From an uncultured Phycisphaerales bacterium (GTDB taxonomy: Bacteria; Planctomycetota; Phycisphaerae; Tepidisphaerales; Tepidisphaeraceae), in contig CAWJPJ010000005.1 of NCBI GenBank assembly GCA_963844715.1, forward strand, positions 96,001 through 160,000: a stretch of 64,000 nt of DNA. The letters are read 5' to 3'. The notes below the pieces were generated by a model, which did not search any database, had not been told where the DNA came from, and was given only the letters and a program-made list of their open reading frames with translations. Positions 31,273-41,927 of the stretch are shown piece after piece. The translations under genes and the position numbers were made by a program. How positions within the stretch are numbered: position 1 is the first letter of the stretch; every line of letters starts with the position of its first letter.

Positions 31273-31287
31273 GAGGAAGTTGGGGCG

Positions 31288-31572
31288 ATGGACCGAATTG
31301 ACAAAGCGATTCGGCAGGCTGTGTCCGATGGTCGGTGGCTATTTACGGATCATGCGGACGAGCAGCTTGCCAATCGCGGAGTTGAAGGATGGCAGGTTGT
31401 CGCAGGAGTGGGTGACGGTGAGACCGTGGAAAGTCATCCCAAGGCCAAGCCGAATCCGAAGGTCCTCATTCGCCAAACGCTTCCCGATGGAACTTCCATT
31501 ATCGCGGTCTGGGGATTCATAAAATCCATCCGCTCCGCGACTCTAATTACGGTATACTTTGAGTTGCCATGA
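31288..31572 (+). CDS. DUF4258-like putative toxin
   Basis: FTDHADEQL...LITVY, short; overlaps downstream small ORF. Confidence 0.65.
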   Translation: MDRIDKAIRQAVSDGRWLFTDHADEQLANRGVEGWQVVAGVGDGETVESHPKAKPNPKVLIRQTLPDGTSIIAVWGFIKSIRSATLITVYFELP

Positions 31573-31814
31573 AAAAGCGAATTGACAAACCGAAGACTCG
31601 CCGCGGCACGATTCGAAAGACCATCGAAACGCCCCAAATGGTCGCCGTTCTCGAGGTGCCCGTGATCTACACGGCTGAGATGCCGCAGGAGCCGCTTTTG
31701 GACGCCAAAATCGTAAAATTTCTCGACGAGGCGCGCCGCCGAACCAAGGCCGGCGACAAGCGTTGGCTCAAAAAGCACGGCGCCGAAGTATTTGTCAGCT
31801 CGCCGGCCGCTTGA
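31569..31814 (+). CDS. Small protein, putative antitoxin partner
   Basis: ATGA overlap with upstream toxin-like gene. Confidence 0.55.
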   Translation: MKKRIDKPKTRRGTIRKTIETPQMVAVLEVPVIYTAEMPQEPLLDAKIVKFLDEARRRTKAGDKRWLKKHGAEVFVSSPAA

Positions 31815-31839
31815 GTCGTATGAGCGCCATCGATTCGGT

Positions 31840-31868
31840 TTGATTCGATGTACAGAATGATGTACAAT
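31840..31868 (+). promoter_or_regulatory. sigma70 promoter with paired TGTACA operator
   Basis: TTGATT-N17-TACAAT; TGTACA at 31849 and 31861 (12-bp spacing). Confidence 0.75.
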
Positions 31869-31885
31869 CAGCCGATAAGGGCTCT

Positions 31886-32179
31886 ATGACACGCAGTTCG
31901 GATATCACCAGTTTTACGGATTTCCGCACCCGTCTTCGCGACCATCTCGACGAGCGGAAGTCCACTAGCCGGCCCCTGTTTGTGACCAGCAACGGTCAAA
32001 CCGAAGCGGTGATTCTCTCCCCGGAAGCATTCGATGAATTGATGGAACAAGCCGAGATCGCCAAGAGTCTGTCCATCCTCGATCGAAGCGAGGCCGACAT
32101 AAAAATCGGTCGCACTCGAAATGCGAAAACTGCATTGCGCCAGATCGCAAAGGAATTCAAATTGAAGCTTAACAGATGA
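31886..32179 (+). CDS. Phd/YefM-family antitoxin
   Basis: SFTDFR...RPLFVTSNGQTEAVILSPEAFD. Confidence 0.88.
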   Translation: MTRSSDITSFTDFRTRLRDHLDERKSTSRPLFVTSNGQTEAVILSPEAFDELMEQAEIAKSLSILDRSEADIKIGRTRNAKTALRQIAKEFKLKLNR

Positions 32180-32505
32180 AATACGCGGTTCGGGTCACGG
32201 ACGCCGCCTATGAGGCTATCCGAGATCAAGCCCGGTATATCGCCGTTGAGTCTCACGCCCCGCTCAATGCCACACGTTGGCTGGAGAGAGTTTGGGATGT
32301 CGTTCACCGTCTCGAAACGCTGCCCAGGCGCTATCCCACAGCCGCCGAATCCGCGCTGAAGCCATATGAAATTCGGCGTGCCCTCGTCGACAACTGCCAT
32401 ATTTTGTTCTCCATCGACGATCGGAAGCATGGAGTTTGGGTCATCGCGTTCCGTCTTGGAAGCCGCCTTCCGCGCCCTGGCGAATTGCCCGAACGTGCCC
32501 CTTAA
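32176..32505 (+). CDS. RelE/ParE-family toxin
   Basis: YAVRVTDAA...LETLPRRYP...ILFSID; overlaps antitoxin stop. Confidence 0.85.
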   Translation: MKYAVRVTDAAYEAIRDQARYIAVESHAPLNATRWLERVWDVVHRLETLPRRYPTAAESALKPYEIRRALVDNCHILFSIDDRKHGVWVIAFRLGSRLPRPGELPERAP

Positions 32506-32571
32506 TCATGTCTAAGGTCCGACGCATCTCCTCGCCACAAAACGCTTTACCGACCAAGAATTTGCATCCCC

Positions 32572-32600
32572 TTGACCCCAATATCCTTACACCTTATCCT
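32572..32600 (+). promoter_or_regulatory. Putative sigma70 promoter of rpsO-pnp
   Basis: TTGACC-N17-TATCCT. Confidence 0.55.
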
Positions 32601-32762
32601 TCCTGCACTTCCGAAGAGTCACAAAAAATGCGATTCGATCGGAATTTGCCCAATATGACCGGCTGGCCGGAGCTTTTCCGAAGAACGGTTTTTCGGAAAA
32701 TGGATGTGCTAAAAATCTCTGGCCGCTAAGGTGTCTGGGATTGAGAGTTGGTTTAATTCATC

Positions 32763-33032
32763 ATGCCCGTTACCGCTGAGCAGAAGAAGCAAATCGTCGG
32801 CGACTTTCGAATTCACGAGAAAGATACCGGTTCTCCAGAAGTGCAGATCGCGCTCTTGACCACACGGATCAATGAGCTGCGCGCCCACTTCGACACGCAC
32901 AAGAAAGACCATTCGTCGCGACGCGGTTTGCTGAAAATGGTCAGCCAACGGAATCAATTGCTGAAGTACCTGACCCGGGAGGACCGCGCCAGGTATCAGC
33001 AGATCATCAACAAACTGGGCCTGCGCAAATAG
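32763..33032 (+). CDS. rpsO: 30S ribosomal protein S15
   Basis: [28 protein letters not shown]. Confidence 0.98.
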   Translation: MPVTAEQKKQIVGDFRIHEKDTGSPEVQIALLTTRINELRAHFDTHKKDHSSRRGLLKMVSQRNQLLKYLTREDRARYQQIINKLGLRK

Positions 33033-33105
33033 CGCTCCCCGGGGGGCATGGCGCGGCGTGGCCGCGACCGGCCCTTGCTTCCACTCGCCTTGCGATTCCT
33101 CCCGC

Positions 33106-33235
33106 CATTCGGCCCCGGCGGCTGTGGAATCCGGAGGTCAGCCACAGATGCACACATCCGCGGATTCAGTCGCACACGCGATCTGATTCAATGGATCTGT
33201 CCATCTGTGGCAAACTTTCCAACCGGGGCCGGATG
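33106..33235 (+). promoter_or_regulatory. Long stem-loop in pnp leader (probable RNase III site)
   Basis: cattcggccccgg pairs with ccggggccggatg; inner gccacagatg/catctgtggc. Confidence 0.6.
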
Positions 33236-33248
33236 AGGAAATTTCTCC

Positions 33249-35600
33249 ATGCAAGCCATCCGAGTTGAGCGCCAGATCGGCGGTCGCACCCTGGCGATCG
33301 AGACCGGCTCCTACGCCAAGCTAGCCGACGGGTCCGTCACCGTTCGTTATGCCGATTCCGTCGTATTTGGCGCCGTCGTCCGCGCCGCCCCGCGCGAAGG
33401 AATCGACTTCTTTCCCTTACAGGTCGACTACCGCGAACGCCGCGCCGCCGCCGGAAAATTCCCCGGCGGGTTCATGAAGCGCGAAGGCAGGCCCACCACC
33501 AAGGAAATCCTCACCGCCCGCCTCATCGACCGGCCATTGCGACCGTTGTTTCCCAAGGGCTTCATGGACGAGGTGCAAATTCACCTCAACGTCCTGGCCT
33601 TCGACGGCGAAAACGACCCGGACATCTTCTCCGGCATCGCCGCCAGCGCCTGCATCGCCATCAGCGACATTCCGTTCACAACCCCGACCGCCCATGTTCG
33701 CGTCGGCCGCGTCGAGGGTCAGTTTGTCATCAACCCCACCGTCGAGCAGCTTGAATACAGCGATCTCGATCTCGTCGTCGCCGGCACCAAGCACTACGTC
33801 AACATGATCGAACTCGGCGGCCGCGAAGTCCCCGAAAACATCGTCGGCGACGCCATCGAATTCGGCCACAAGGTCGTCGTCGAAATCGTCGGCATGATCG
33901 AGGAACTCGTCTCCAAGGCCGGTAAGCCCAAAGTCGGCGAGGTCAAGCAACCCGACGCATCCCTTGTCGAATCCGTCAGATCGCAGGTCACCGACAAAAT
34001 TCGCGAAGTCAAAGGCAAGCCCGGCAAGCAGGACCGCGCCCAGGCCGTCGAAACCATCCGCGACGAACTCATCGCCCAGCTCGCTCCCCCCAACACCGAC
34101 CCCAGCGCCAGCTATCAATCGCTCCTCTCCCTCCGCGAAAAGCAAAAGCAAATCAAAGCCGTCTTCGTCGAAGTCGAGGAGCAGGTCACTCGCGAGGCGA
34201 TTCTCAACGGCGTCCGCCCCGACGGGCGCGACTACCACAGCATTCGCCCCATTTCCTGTGAAGTCAGCATTCTCCCGCGCGTGCACGGCTCCGCCGTCTT
34301 CTCGCGCGGCGAGACTCAAGCCATGTGCACCGTCACCCTCGGCACCAGCCGCGACGAACAGCTCGTAGACGGCCTGATCGACGAGTACAGCCAGAAATTC
34401 ATGCTCCACTACAACTTCCCCAGTTACAGCGTGGGCGAAGTTCGCCCCATCCGGGGTCCCGGCCGGCGCGAAATCGGCCACGGCGCTCTGGCTGAGCGCA
34501 GCCTTATCCCGGTTCTCCCGGGCATCGAGCAGTTCCCCTACACCGTCCGCATCATCAGCGACATTCTCGAATCCAACGGCTCCAGCTCCATGGCCAGCAG
34601 TTGCGGCGGATGCCTCGCCCTCATGGACGCCGGCGTCCCCATTACCAAACCCGTCGCCGGAATTTCCGTCGGCCTCGTCAAGGAAGGCAACCGCACCGCG
34701 CTCCTCACCGACATCATCGGCGAGGAAGATCACTTCGGCGACATGGACTTCAAAGTCTGCGGCACCCGCGATGGCATCACCGCCATCCAGCTCGACATAA
34801 AAACCGAGGGCCTCGACTACCAGATCATCCGAGACACTCTGGTGCGCGCCCGCGAGGCACGCCTGACCATTCTCGACAAAATGCAGGCCGCTCTCCCCGC
34901 CCCGCGACCCGAGATCAGCAAATACGCTCCGCGCCTCCTCACCGTCAAAATCGACCCCGAAAAAATCGGCAAACTCATCGGCCCGGGCGGCAAGAACATC
35001 AAGAAGCTTCAGGAAGAGACCGGCGCCCAGATCGACATCGAGGACGACGGCACCGTCTTCATCAGCTCCGTCGATCAGGCGTCGGCAGAAAAAGCCCGCG
35101 ACCTCGTCGAGGCGATCACCGCCGAAGTCAAGGTCGGCAAGATCTACGCCGGCCGAGTCGTCAGCATCAAGGAATTCGGCGCCTTCATCGAGATCGCTCC
35201 GGAAACCGACGGCCTCTGCCACGTCTCCGAACTTTCCGATCGGTATGTCCAGAACGTCACCGACGTCGTCAACATCGGCGACGAAGTCCGCGTCAAAGTC
35301 ATCCTCATTGACGACCAGGGCCGCATCAAACTAAGCCGCAAAGCCGCGATGAAAGAAGAAGGTTTAAGCGACCCCGAACCCGTCGGCGCAGCCGCCGGCC
35401 CCGGCGATGACGCCGGCAACCAGGGCGGCGGCGGGGGAGGCGGACACTACCGCGGCGGCGGCCCGCGCGGCGACCGTGACGACCGAGACCGCGGCCCAAG
35501 AGGCGGCGGCGGTGGTGGACGTGGCGGCGACCGCGGCCCCCGAGGCGGCGGCGGCGGCCGAGGCGGACCCCCACGCCGAGAAGGCCGCCCCAACGACTAG
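33249..35600 (+). CDS. pnp: Polyribonucleotide nucleotidyltransferase with RGG tail
   Basis: FFPLQVDYRE, RREIGHG, SNGSSSMAS, KH and S1 domains. Confidence 0.98.
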   Translation: MQAIRVERQIGGRTLAIETGSYAKLADGSVTVRYADSVVFGAVVRAAPREGIDFFPLQVDYRERRAAAGKFPGGFMKREGRPTTKEILTARLIDRPLRPLFPKGFMDEVQIHLNVLAFDGENDPDIFSGIAASACIAISDIPFTTPTAHVRVGRVEGQFVINPTVEQLEYSDLDLVVAGTKHYVNMIELGGREVPENIVGDAIEFGHKVVVEIVGMIEELVSKAGKPKVGEVKQPDASLVESVRSQVTDKIREVKGKPGKQDRAQAVETIRDELIAQLAPPNTDPSASYQSLLSLREKQKQIKAVFVEVEEQVTREAILNGVRPDGRDYHSIRPISCEVSILPRVHGSAVFSRGETQAMCTVTLGTSRDEQLVDGLIDEYSQKFMLHYNFPSYSVGEVRPIRGPGRREIGHGALAERSLIPVLPGIEQFPYTVRIISDILESNGSSSMASSCGGCLALMDAGVPITKPVAGISVGLVKEGNRTALLTDIIGEEDHFGDMDFKVCGTRDGITAIQLDIKTEGLDYQIIRDTLVRAREARLTILDKMQAALPAPRPEISKYAPRLLTVKIDPEKIGKLIGPGGKNIKKLQEETGAQIDIEDDGTVFISSVDQASAEKARDLVEAITAEVKVGKIYAGRVVSIKEFGAFIEIAPETDGLCHVSELSDRYVQNVTDVVNIGDEVRVKVILIDDQGRIKLSRKAAMKEEGLSDPEPVGAAAGPGDDAGNQGGGGGGGHYRGGGPRGDRDDRDRGPRGGGGGGRGGDRGPRGGGGGRGGPPRREGRPND

Positions 35601-35635
35601 GATCTCCGCGAAGCGCAATCCCGCGAACCCCAATC

Positions 35636-35668
35636 CCGCGAAGCCGGGGGAGCTTGCTCCCCCGGATC
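35636..35668. repeat. 33-bp REP-like palindrome, copy 2 (intergenic)
   Basis: ccgcgaagccgggggagcttgctcccccggatc, preceded by partial ccgcgaa tandem copies. Confidence 0.85.
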
Positions 35669-35774
35669 TTTCGCTGCGCCCAACTCTCTTCCCCCCAACC
35701 CAACACAATGCTCAAATTGCACTAAGACCTCTCACCCCCTCAACCTCCCCGCGCACAATCTGTAAAATCCCCCC

Positions 35775-36827
35775 ATGCTCCCCGTCCGCCTCAGCCAAAT
35801 CACCAAGCAATTCCCCAACACAAAAGTCCTCGACAACATCTCCCTCGAGATCAAGCCCGGCGAACTCTTCTTCCTCCTCGGCCCCAGCGGCTGCGGAAAA
35901 AGCACACTGCTAAGAATCATCGCCGGCCTCCTCGACCCCACCTCCGGCCAAATCTTCTTCGCCGATCGCGACGTCACCGATCTCCCCACCCAGCGCCGAA
36001 ACGCCGTCATGTGCTTCCAGAATTACGCCCTCTGGCCGCACCTCACCGTCAGCCAAAACGTATCCTTCGGCCTCGACATCCGCGGCCTCCCCGCGCCGAG
36101 CGAAACTTCCGTCTCCAGGAATCCCTCAAGCTGGTCCAGATGGAAAAATTCGCCGACCGCAAACCCGCCGCTCTGTCCGGCGGCCAGCAGCAGCGCAGTC
36201 GCCCTCGCCCGCGCCCTGGCCGTCCGCCCCGACTGTCTCCTCCTCGACGAACCCCTCAGCAATCTCGACGCCAAGCTCCGCAACGACATGCGCACCGAAA
36301 TCCGCGCCATCTGCAAATCCGCGGGACTCACCACTATCTACGTCACCCACGATCAAAAAGAAGCCCTGAGCATCGCCGACCGCATCGCCCTGATGCAAGA
36401 CGGCAAAATCGCCCAGGTCGGCTCCGGCGCCGAACTCTACGATCATCCCCAAACCAGCTTCGTCGCCGATTTCCTCGGCGAAACCAATCTACTGAAGGGC
36501 GAAATCATCGCCCGGGACCAGAAAACTGTCCGAGTCCAAACCGCCATCGGCAACCTCCTCGCCCCCGCGCCCCAAACCTCTTCCGACCACGTCATCCTCA
36601 GCATCCGCCCCGGAAAAATCCGCTTCGCCGCCGACGATTCCCCCGGCAACGCCCAGGTCAACCGCCTCCCAGCGACAATCCTCCAATCCTCTTTTTTGGG
36701 AGAAGCCACCGAATATTGGGCCCAGATCGATTCCCATCGCATCAAGCTGGTCGCCGCCGCGGCGCCTAATGGTTCCCAGCCGAATGTCGAATGGCTCGTC
36801 GCCGACACCCTCGTTCTCCCGGAATGA
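35775..36827 (+). CDS. ABC transporter ATP-binding protein (Fe3+/polyamine type; compensating frameshifts)
   Basis: GPSGCGKST, LSGGQQQR in alternate frame, LLLDEPLSNLD. Confidence 0.92.
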   Translation: MLPVRLSQITKQFPNTKVLDNISLEIKPGELFFLLGPSGCGKSTLLRIIAGLLDPTSGQIFFADRDVTDLPTQRRNAVMCFQNYALWPHLTVSQNVSFGLDIRGLPAPSETSVSRNPSSWSRWKNSPTANPPLCPAASSSAVALARALAVRPDCLLLDEPLSNLDAKLRNDMRTEIRAICKSAGLTTIYVTHDQKEALSIADRIALMQDGKIAQVGSGAELYDHPQTSFVADFLGETNLLKGEIIARDQKTVRVQTAIGNLLAPAPQTSSDHVILSIRPGKIRFAADDSPGNAQVNRLPATILQSSFLGEATEYWAQIDSHRIKLVAAAAPNGSQPNVEWLVADTLVLPE

Positions 36828-36831
36828 CCCG

Positions 36832-38383
36832 ATGAAGAAATTTATCTGGCTCATCGCCTTCTTCCTCGTCCTCGCGCTTCCCATCGCCATGCGCAGCCTG
36901 GAGCGGCTCCTCGACCGAGACCATCTCCGCCAGCACCCCGCGGCTCGTCATCATCACCATGCAGAACCGCGACATCTGCAACGAATTCCGCTGGGCCTTC
37001 TCCGACTGGCACCAAAAACACTACGGCTACCCAGTCGAAATCGATTACCTCACCCCCGGCGGCACCAGCGATGTCAAACGCCAGCTCGATTCCATCTACC
37101 GCTCCATCCGCGCCGCTCACGGCGGGCAACTCCCTCCCGAATCCCAAACCGATTCCGGTATCCAGCTCGCCTGGGGCGGCGGCGATCAATTCTTCGAACA
37201 CGAACTCAAACCCATCGGCATCCTCCGCCCATTGGATCTCACCCAATCGCAATTAAAGGAGATTTTCCCCCAGCCCGTCCTCGCCGGTTCCAATCTCTAC
37301 GACCAGCAGCGCGACCCCTCCGGCAAGTTTCTCCCTCCAAGATGGGTCGGGGTCTGCCTTTCCAGCTTCGGCATCGTCTATAACCAGGACCTCTGCTCCG
37401 CCCTGGGCGTCCCGGCCCCCACAACCTGGAACGCCCTGGCCGATCCGCGTCTAGTGGGCGCCGTCGCCCTGGCCGACCCTACCCACAGCGGCACCGCCTC
37501 CGTCATGTACATGATCATTCTCCAGCGCGCCATGGCCGACGCCGAGGAGCAGTTTCTTCAGTCACCCGCCAATGCTGGCAAAGACCCCGTGAGCCTCAAA
37601 AAAACCCCTGAATATCAATCCGCCCTCGACACCGGCTGGAAACGCGGCATGCAAACCCTCACCCTCATCGCCGCCAACGCGCGCTATTTCGATTCCGATT
37701 CCCAGCGCGTCCCCACCGACGTCTCCCTCGGCGACTCCGCCATGGGAACCGCCATCGACTTCTATGGGCGGGTCACCGAAGAAACCGTCGGCCCCCAGCG
37801 CATTCAGTTCGTCGCCCCCAAATCCGCGACCGCCAGCAACCCCGACCCCATCGCCATCCTCTACGGCACGCAAGGCCAAAAGCTCACCCTCGCCAACCAT
37901 CTCATCGAATTCATGCTCAGCCCCCAAGGCCAGTGCCTCTGGATCCTGCGAGTAGGCCAACCCAACGGCCCGCGCGAGCACGCCCTCCGCCGCGCCCCCG
38001 TCCGCATGAGCGTTTACGCCGACCGCACCGGCTGGGCCGACGACATCAACTATTTCGCACAAGCCGGAAACTTCGCCCTCCGCCCCCAGTGGATGGCCTC
38101 GATGCCCATTCTCCGCCCCATCTGGGCCGCCGCCTGGATCGACGACGGCGAAGACCTGCGATCCGCCTACAGAAAAATCCTCGCCCTCCCCGACCCCGCC
38201 CGCCGCGCCAAGCTTCTGACTGAACTAGCCGATCTTCCCATCACCCGCGCCGAAGTCGACCACCCGACTCCCCCCGAAAAAACCACCGACCCCGATCTCG
38301 CCCGAGCCACCCAGCGCCTGAATTGGGCAAAAAAATTCCTGGCCCATTACCACAAAGTCGCGGGCGAAGCGGAGGCCCAATAA
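36832..38383 (+). CDS. ABC substrate-binding protein (FbpA/AfuA-like; 5' frameshift)
   Basis: Signal peptide MKKFIWLIAFF; AWGGG, FGIVYN, LADPTHSGT, DPIAIL. Confidence 0.85.
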
Positions 38384-40103
38384 ATGTCCCGCTCAAACGC
38401 CAACCTCTTTACTCACCGTCTGATGGCCCTGGCACTCTGCCTCTTCTTCGCCGTCTTCCTCATCTGGCCCATGTGGGAAGTCATCCACGCCGGCTTCATT
38501 CACAACGGCCACTTCACCGCCCAGTACATGCGCCTCATCTTCTCCGATCCCCAGCTCCTCCGCGGCCTGCGCAACGCCGCCCTCGTCGCCGTCACCGTCA
38601 CCTTTCTCTGCCTAATGCTCTCTTTGCCCCTGGCCGTCCTCTCTGTGAGATATAAATTCCCCGGCCAGGCCCTCCTCTCCGGTCTCTTATTGGCGCCCCT
38701 TGTCCTCCCTCCCTTCGTCGGCGCCATCGGCATCCGCCTCATCCTCGGCCGCTATGGACCCATCACCATGCTCCTCGGCCTCGGCAGCGGCGCGGGCTTC
38801 GATTGGATCGGCCGCTTCCGTCTCCTCGGCATCGTCCTCGTCGAGACCCTCCATCTCTATCCCGTCATGCTCCTCAATCTCCAGGCCGCACTGGCAAACA
38901 TCGACCCCGCCATGGAGCAAGCCGCCGCCAATCTCGGCGCTCCCCGTTCCCTCATCTTCAGGAAAATCACACTCCCGCTTTTACGCCCCGGCCTCTTCGC
39001 CGGCTGCACGCTCGTTCTCATCTGGAGCTTCACCGAACTCGGCACGCCCCTGGTCTTCGATTTCAACACCATTACCCCCGTCCAAATCTTCTGGCAGATC
39101 ACCGAAGTCGCCGCCAATCCGCTTCCCTACGCCTTGGTCGTCGTCATGCTCGCGGCGGCGGGGGGGCTCTATCTCATCGGCAAAGTCCTCCTCGGCACCG
39201 GCGCTTCCGCATCCGCCACAAAAGGAATGACCGCCGCCGACCCCAAACCCCTCCGCGGCTTCCGCGCCTTCGCTGCCGTCGCCTTTTTCGTCATCGTCCT
39301 CGCCCTGGCTCTTTTGCCCCACGCCGCCGTCATCCTCACCAGCTTCTCCGCCACAGGCCAATGGTACCGTTCCGTCCTCCCGCGCCAGTTTACCCTCAAT
39401 CACTACACGGCCGCGCTTCTGGACGACCTCGCCATCCCCAGCGTCCGCAACTCCGTCCTCTACGCCACCGCCGCGACAATTCTCGCCGTCGTCATCGGCA
39501 TCTCCGCCGCCATCCTCATCGTCCGCAGCCGCCTCCGCTCGCGCAGGCTTCATCGATCTCCTTTGCATGCTCCCCCTGGCTGTCCCCGGCTTGGTCCTCG
39601 CCTTCGGCTATCTCGCCATCAGCGTCTCCCTCAAACAAAAATTCGGCCCCCAACTTCCGACCTCGCTGGACGTCCTAGAGAAACCGACTCTCTTCCTCAT
39701 CCTCGCCTACGCCGTCCGCCGCCTCCCCTACGTCGTCCGCGCCGCCGCCGCCGGCCTCCAGCAGACTCCCGTCGATCTGGAACTGGCCGCCGAAAATCTC
39801 GGCGCAAGCCACGCCACGGTCCTAAGAAAATCACCCTGAAACTCATCGCCGGCAACCTCATCGCCGGCGCCCTACTGGCCTTCGCCTTCGCGCTCCTCGA
39901 AGTCAGCGACTCCCTAATCCTCGCCCAAAAAGCCGCCTATTTCCCCATCACCCGCGCGATTCTGGAACTCGCCCAACGCCTGGGCGACGGCCTCTACATC
40001 GCCAGCGCCCCTGGGCGTCTGGGCCATGCTGCTGCTAACCCTGTGCCTCCTGGCCGCCAACTCCCTGGTAGGCAAACGCCTCGGCCTAATGTTCCGCACC
40101 TAA
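38384..40103 (+). CDS. ABC permease, FbpB-like (frameshifts)
   Basis: PPFVGAIG, IDPAMEQAAANLGA, second EAA loop LELAAENLGA. Confidence 0.9.
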
Positions 40104-40129
40104 CCGAACATTTTCCCGCGCCTTGGATT

Positions 40130-40174
40130 TTATCCCCTCTCCCTGTACTCGGGGAGAGGGCAAGGGTGAGGGGC
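40130..40174. repeat. CCCTCTCCC-type palindromic repeat, copy 1
   Basis: ttatcccctctccctgtactcggggagagggcaagggtgaggggc; near-identical to reverse complement of 55569-55615. Confidence 0.85.
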
Positions 40175-40276
40175 CGGGGCCCAATTGATGTGGTTGAACC
40201 ACTCCGCTCGACATTCATTCAATTCCGACAACCCATCCAACCGAGTACAATACTGCATAGTCCGAAAGGTACCTGA

Positions 40277-41614
40277 ATGACCCATTGGCTCCGCCTGGCG
40301 CTGATATTTCCTCTAGCCTTCCTCTTCGCCTGCTCCTCCGACCATCCGCACCCTCTTTCAGCCGAGCAGTTCTATTCCAATAACCAGGGCATCGCCTCAT
40401 CTCCCCTCTCCCCGGCGGATCAACCCGGCGAAATTCCCTCCCCCGACACCCAGGCCCAGCCCCCATTGCCTCCCCTCGTTCCTGGCGGCTTTAACGAAAG
40501 CGCAGGCGCGCCCTCCGAGCCGGCGACCCTGCGCGAACGCACTCAGGGCGGCCTGGTCGTCCGCTCCTCCACGCGCACCGCCACCGCCCCCTCCACCGAA
40601 CCCGCCTTCCCAACCGAGCAATACCTCACCCTCGGCACCGTCGTCGCCATAGTGGGGGACACTCCGATTTATGCGAATGATGTGATCAGCCGCGACGCTC
40701 CGATTCTTCGCGAACTCGCCCACGAATACGACCCCGACCGCTTCGAAATCGCCGCGCGGGAGCGCATCGACGAAACCACCCGCGAATTGGAATACGACCA
40801 GCTCGAATACCAGGCCGCCCTCAAATCCCTCGATAGCTCCGACAAGGACGCCGCCGACCACTTCACCGACATGTGGCGGCAGCGCATGATCACGGAAGCG
40901 GGGGGGTCATTGGAGGTCGCCCGCCGGCGTGCCGAGGCCGAGGGGAAGGATTTCAACCAGGAAGTTCAGGATCAGCACCGCGCCTATCTCATCCAGATCT
41001 ATCAGGCCCGCAACGTCTACCCGCAGATCCAGGTCACCGCCTCCGACAAACGCCGTTACTACCAGGTTCATCTCGCCACCGAATTCAGCAAACCCGATCG
41101 TACCACCGTCTGGATCATCCACACCGACCCGGACGACCTCGGCCATGACCTCGCACTCTCCAAAATCCAGGAATTCCGCAAACGAGCCCTCGCCGGCGAG
41201 GATTTCGCCAACATGGCCAAGTCCCAGGACTCCTCCATCTTCACCGAGCCCAAGGACATCGAACGCGGCAGCTTCGCCCTCACCAACGTCGAGGCCGCCA
41301 TCTGGAAACTCTTCCCCGGCCAGATCAGCGACATCATCACCGACCGCGGCGGGTTCTACCTCGTCAAAATGGTCTCCCTAGATAAAGGCGGCGTCCGACC
41401 CTTCGAGGATGAAGCTGTCCAGGACGACATTACCCGCACCCTCCGCACCCAGCAGCTTCAAAAGCTGAATCAAGAGATGTTGAATCGTCTATTGGAAAAC
41501 GCCGTCGTCCGCACCGACCCCTCCATGATCGACGCCGCCGTCGAAATGGTCATGCAGAACTACACCGTCTGGTCCAAAAATAACTTCGCCGGAAATTTCC
41601 GCGAATTTCAATGA
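40277..41614 (+). CDS. Parvulin/SurA-like PPIase lipoprotein
   Basis: Lipobox LFAC; VVAIVGDTPI, GEDFANMAK, GQISDII...GFYLVK. Confidence 0.82.
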   Translation: MTHWLRLALIFPLAFLFACSSDHPHPLSAEQFYSNNQGIASSPLSPADQPGEIPSPDTQAQPPLPPLVPGGFNESAGAPSEPATLRERTQGGLVVRSSTRTATAPSTEPAFPTEQYLTLGTVVAIVGDTPIYANDVISRDAPILRELAHEYDPDRFEIAARERIDETTRELEYDQLEYQAALKSLDSSDKDAADHFTDMWRQRMITEAGGSLEVARRRAEAEGKDFNQEVQDQHRAYLIQIYQARNVYPQIQVTASDKRRYYQVHLATEFSKPDRTTVWIIHTDPDDLGHDLALSKIQEFRKRALAGEDFANMAKSQDSSIFTEPKDIERGSFALTNVEAAIWKLFPGQISDIITDRGGFYLVKMVSLDKGGVRPFEDEAVQDDITRTLRTQQLQKLNQEMLNRLLENAVVRTDPSMIDAAVEMVMQNYTVWSKNNFAGNFREFQ

Positions 41615-41687
41615 TGAATTGATCGCACCGACTTGCTAAGATCGTTGGTCGGATGGGAAGCGAATGATGGGCTGAAAGGAGTCTCCC

Positions 41688-41924
41688 ATGATCAAGCAGA
41701 TTAAGAGGATCAACTTTTCCGCCACCGACGAAGAATCCGGCACCACCTACGATCTTGTAGCCCAAGGCGATACCGACACTACCGAAGCCGCCCCCGACGC
41801 AAATCCCCTCTCCATCCATACCGCCACCGGCCAAAACGTCCGCACCATCGCCAAAGGCAAATACCAAATCGAAGGCGTCTTCGGCCCCGTAGAACTAACT
41901 AGCGACGACCCCAACGCGCCGTAA
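41688..41924 (+). CDS. Small hypothetical protein
   Basis: AAAGGAG RBS; 78 aa ending SDDPNAP. Confidence 0.6.
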   Translation: MIKQIKRINFSATDEESGTTYDLVAQGDTDTTEAAPDANPLSIHTATGQNVRTIAKGKYQIEGVFGPVELTSDDPNAP

Positions 41925-41927
41925 CTA

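Noticed and set aside
33417..35222. 601-aa antisense ORF and similar shadow ORFs opposite flgI, ahcY and the aminopeptidase
   Set aside because: Expected artefact of high-GC codon bias
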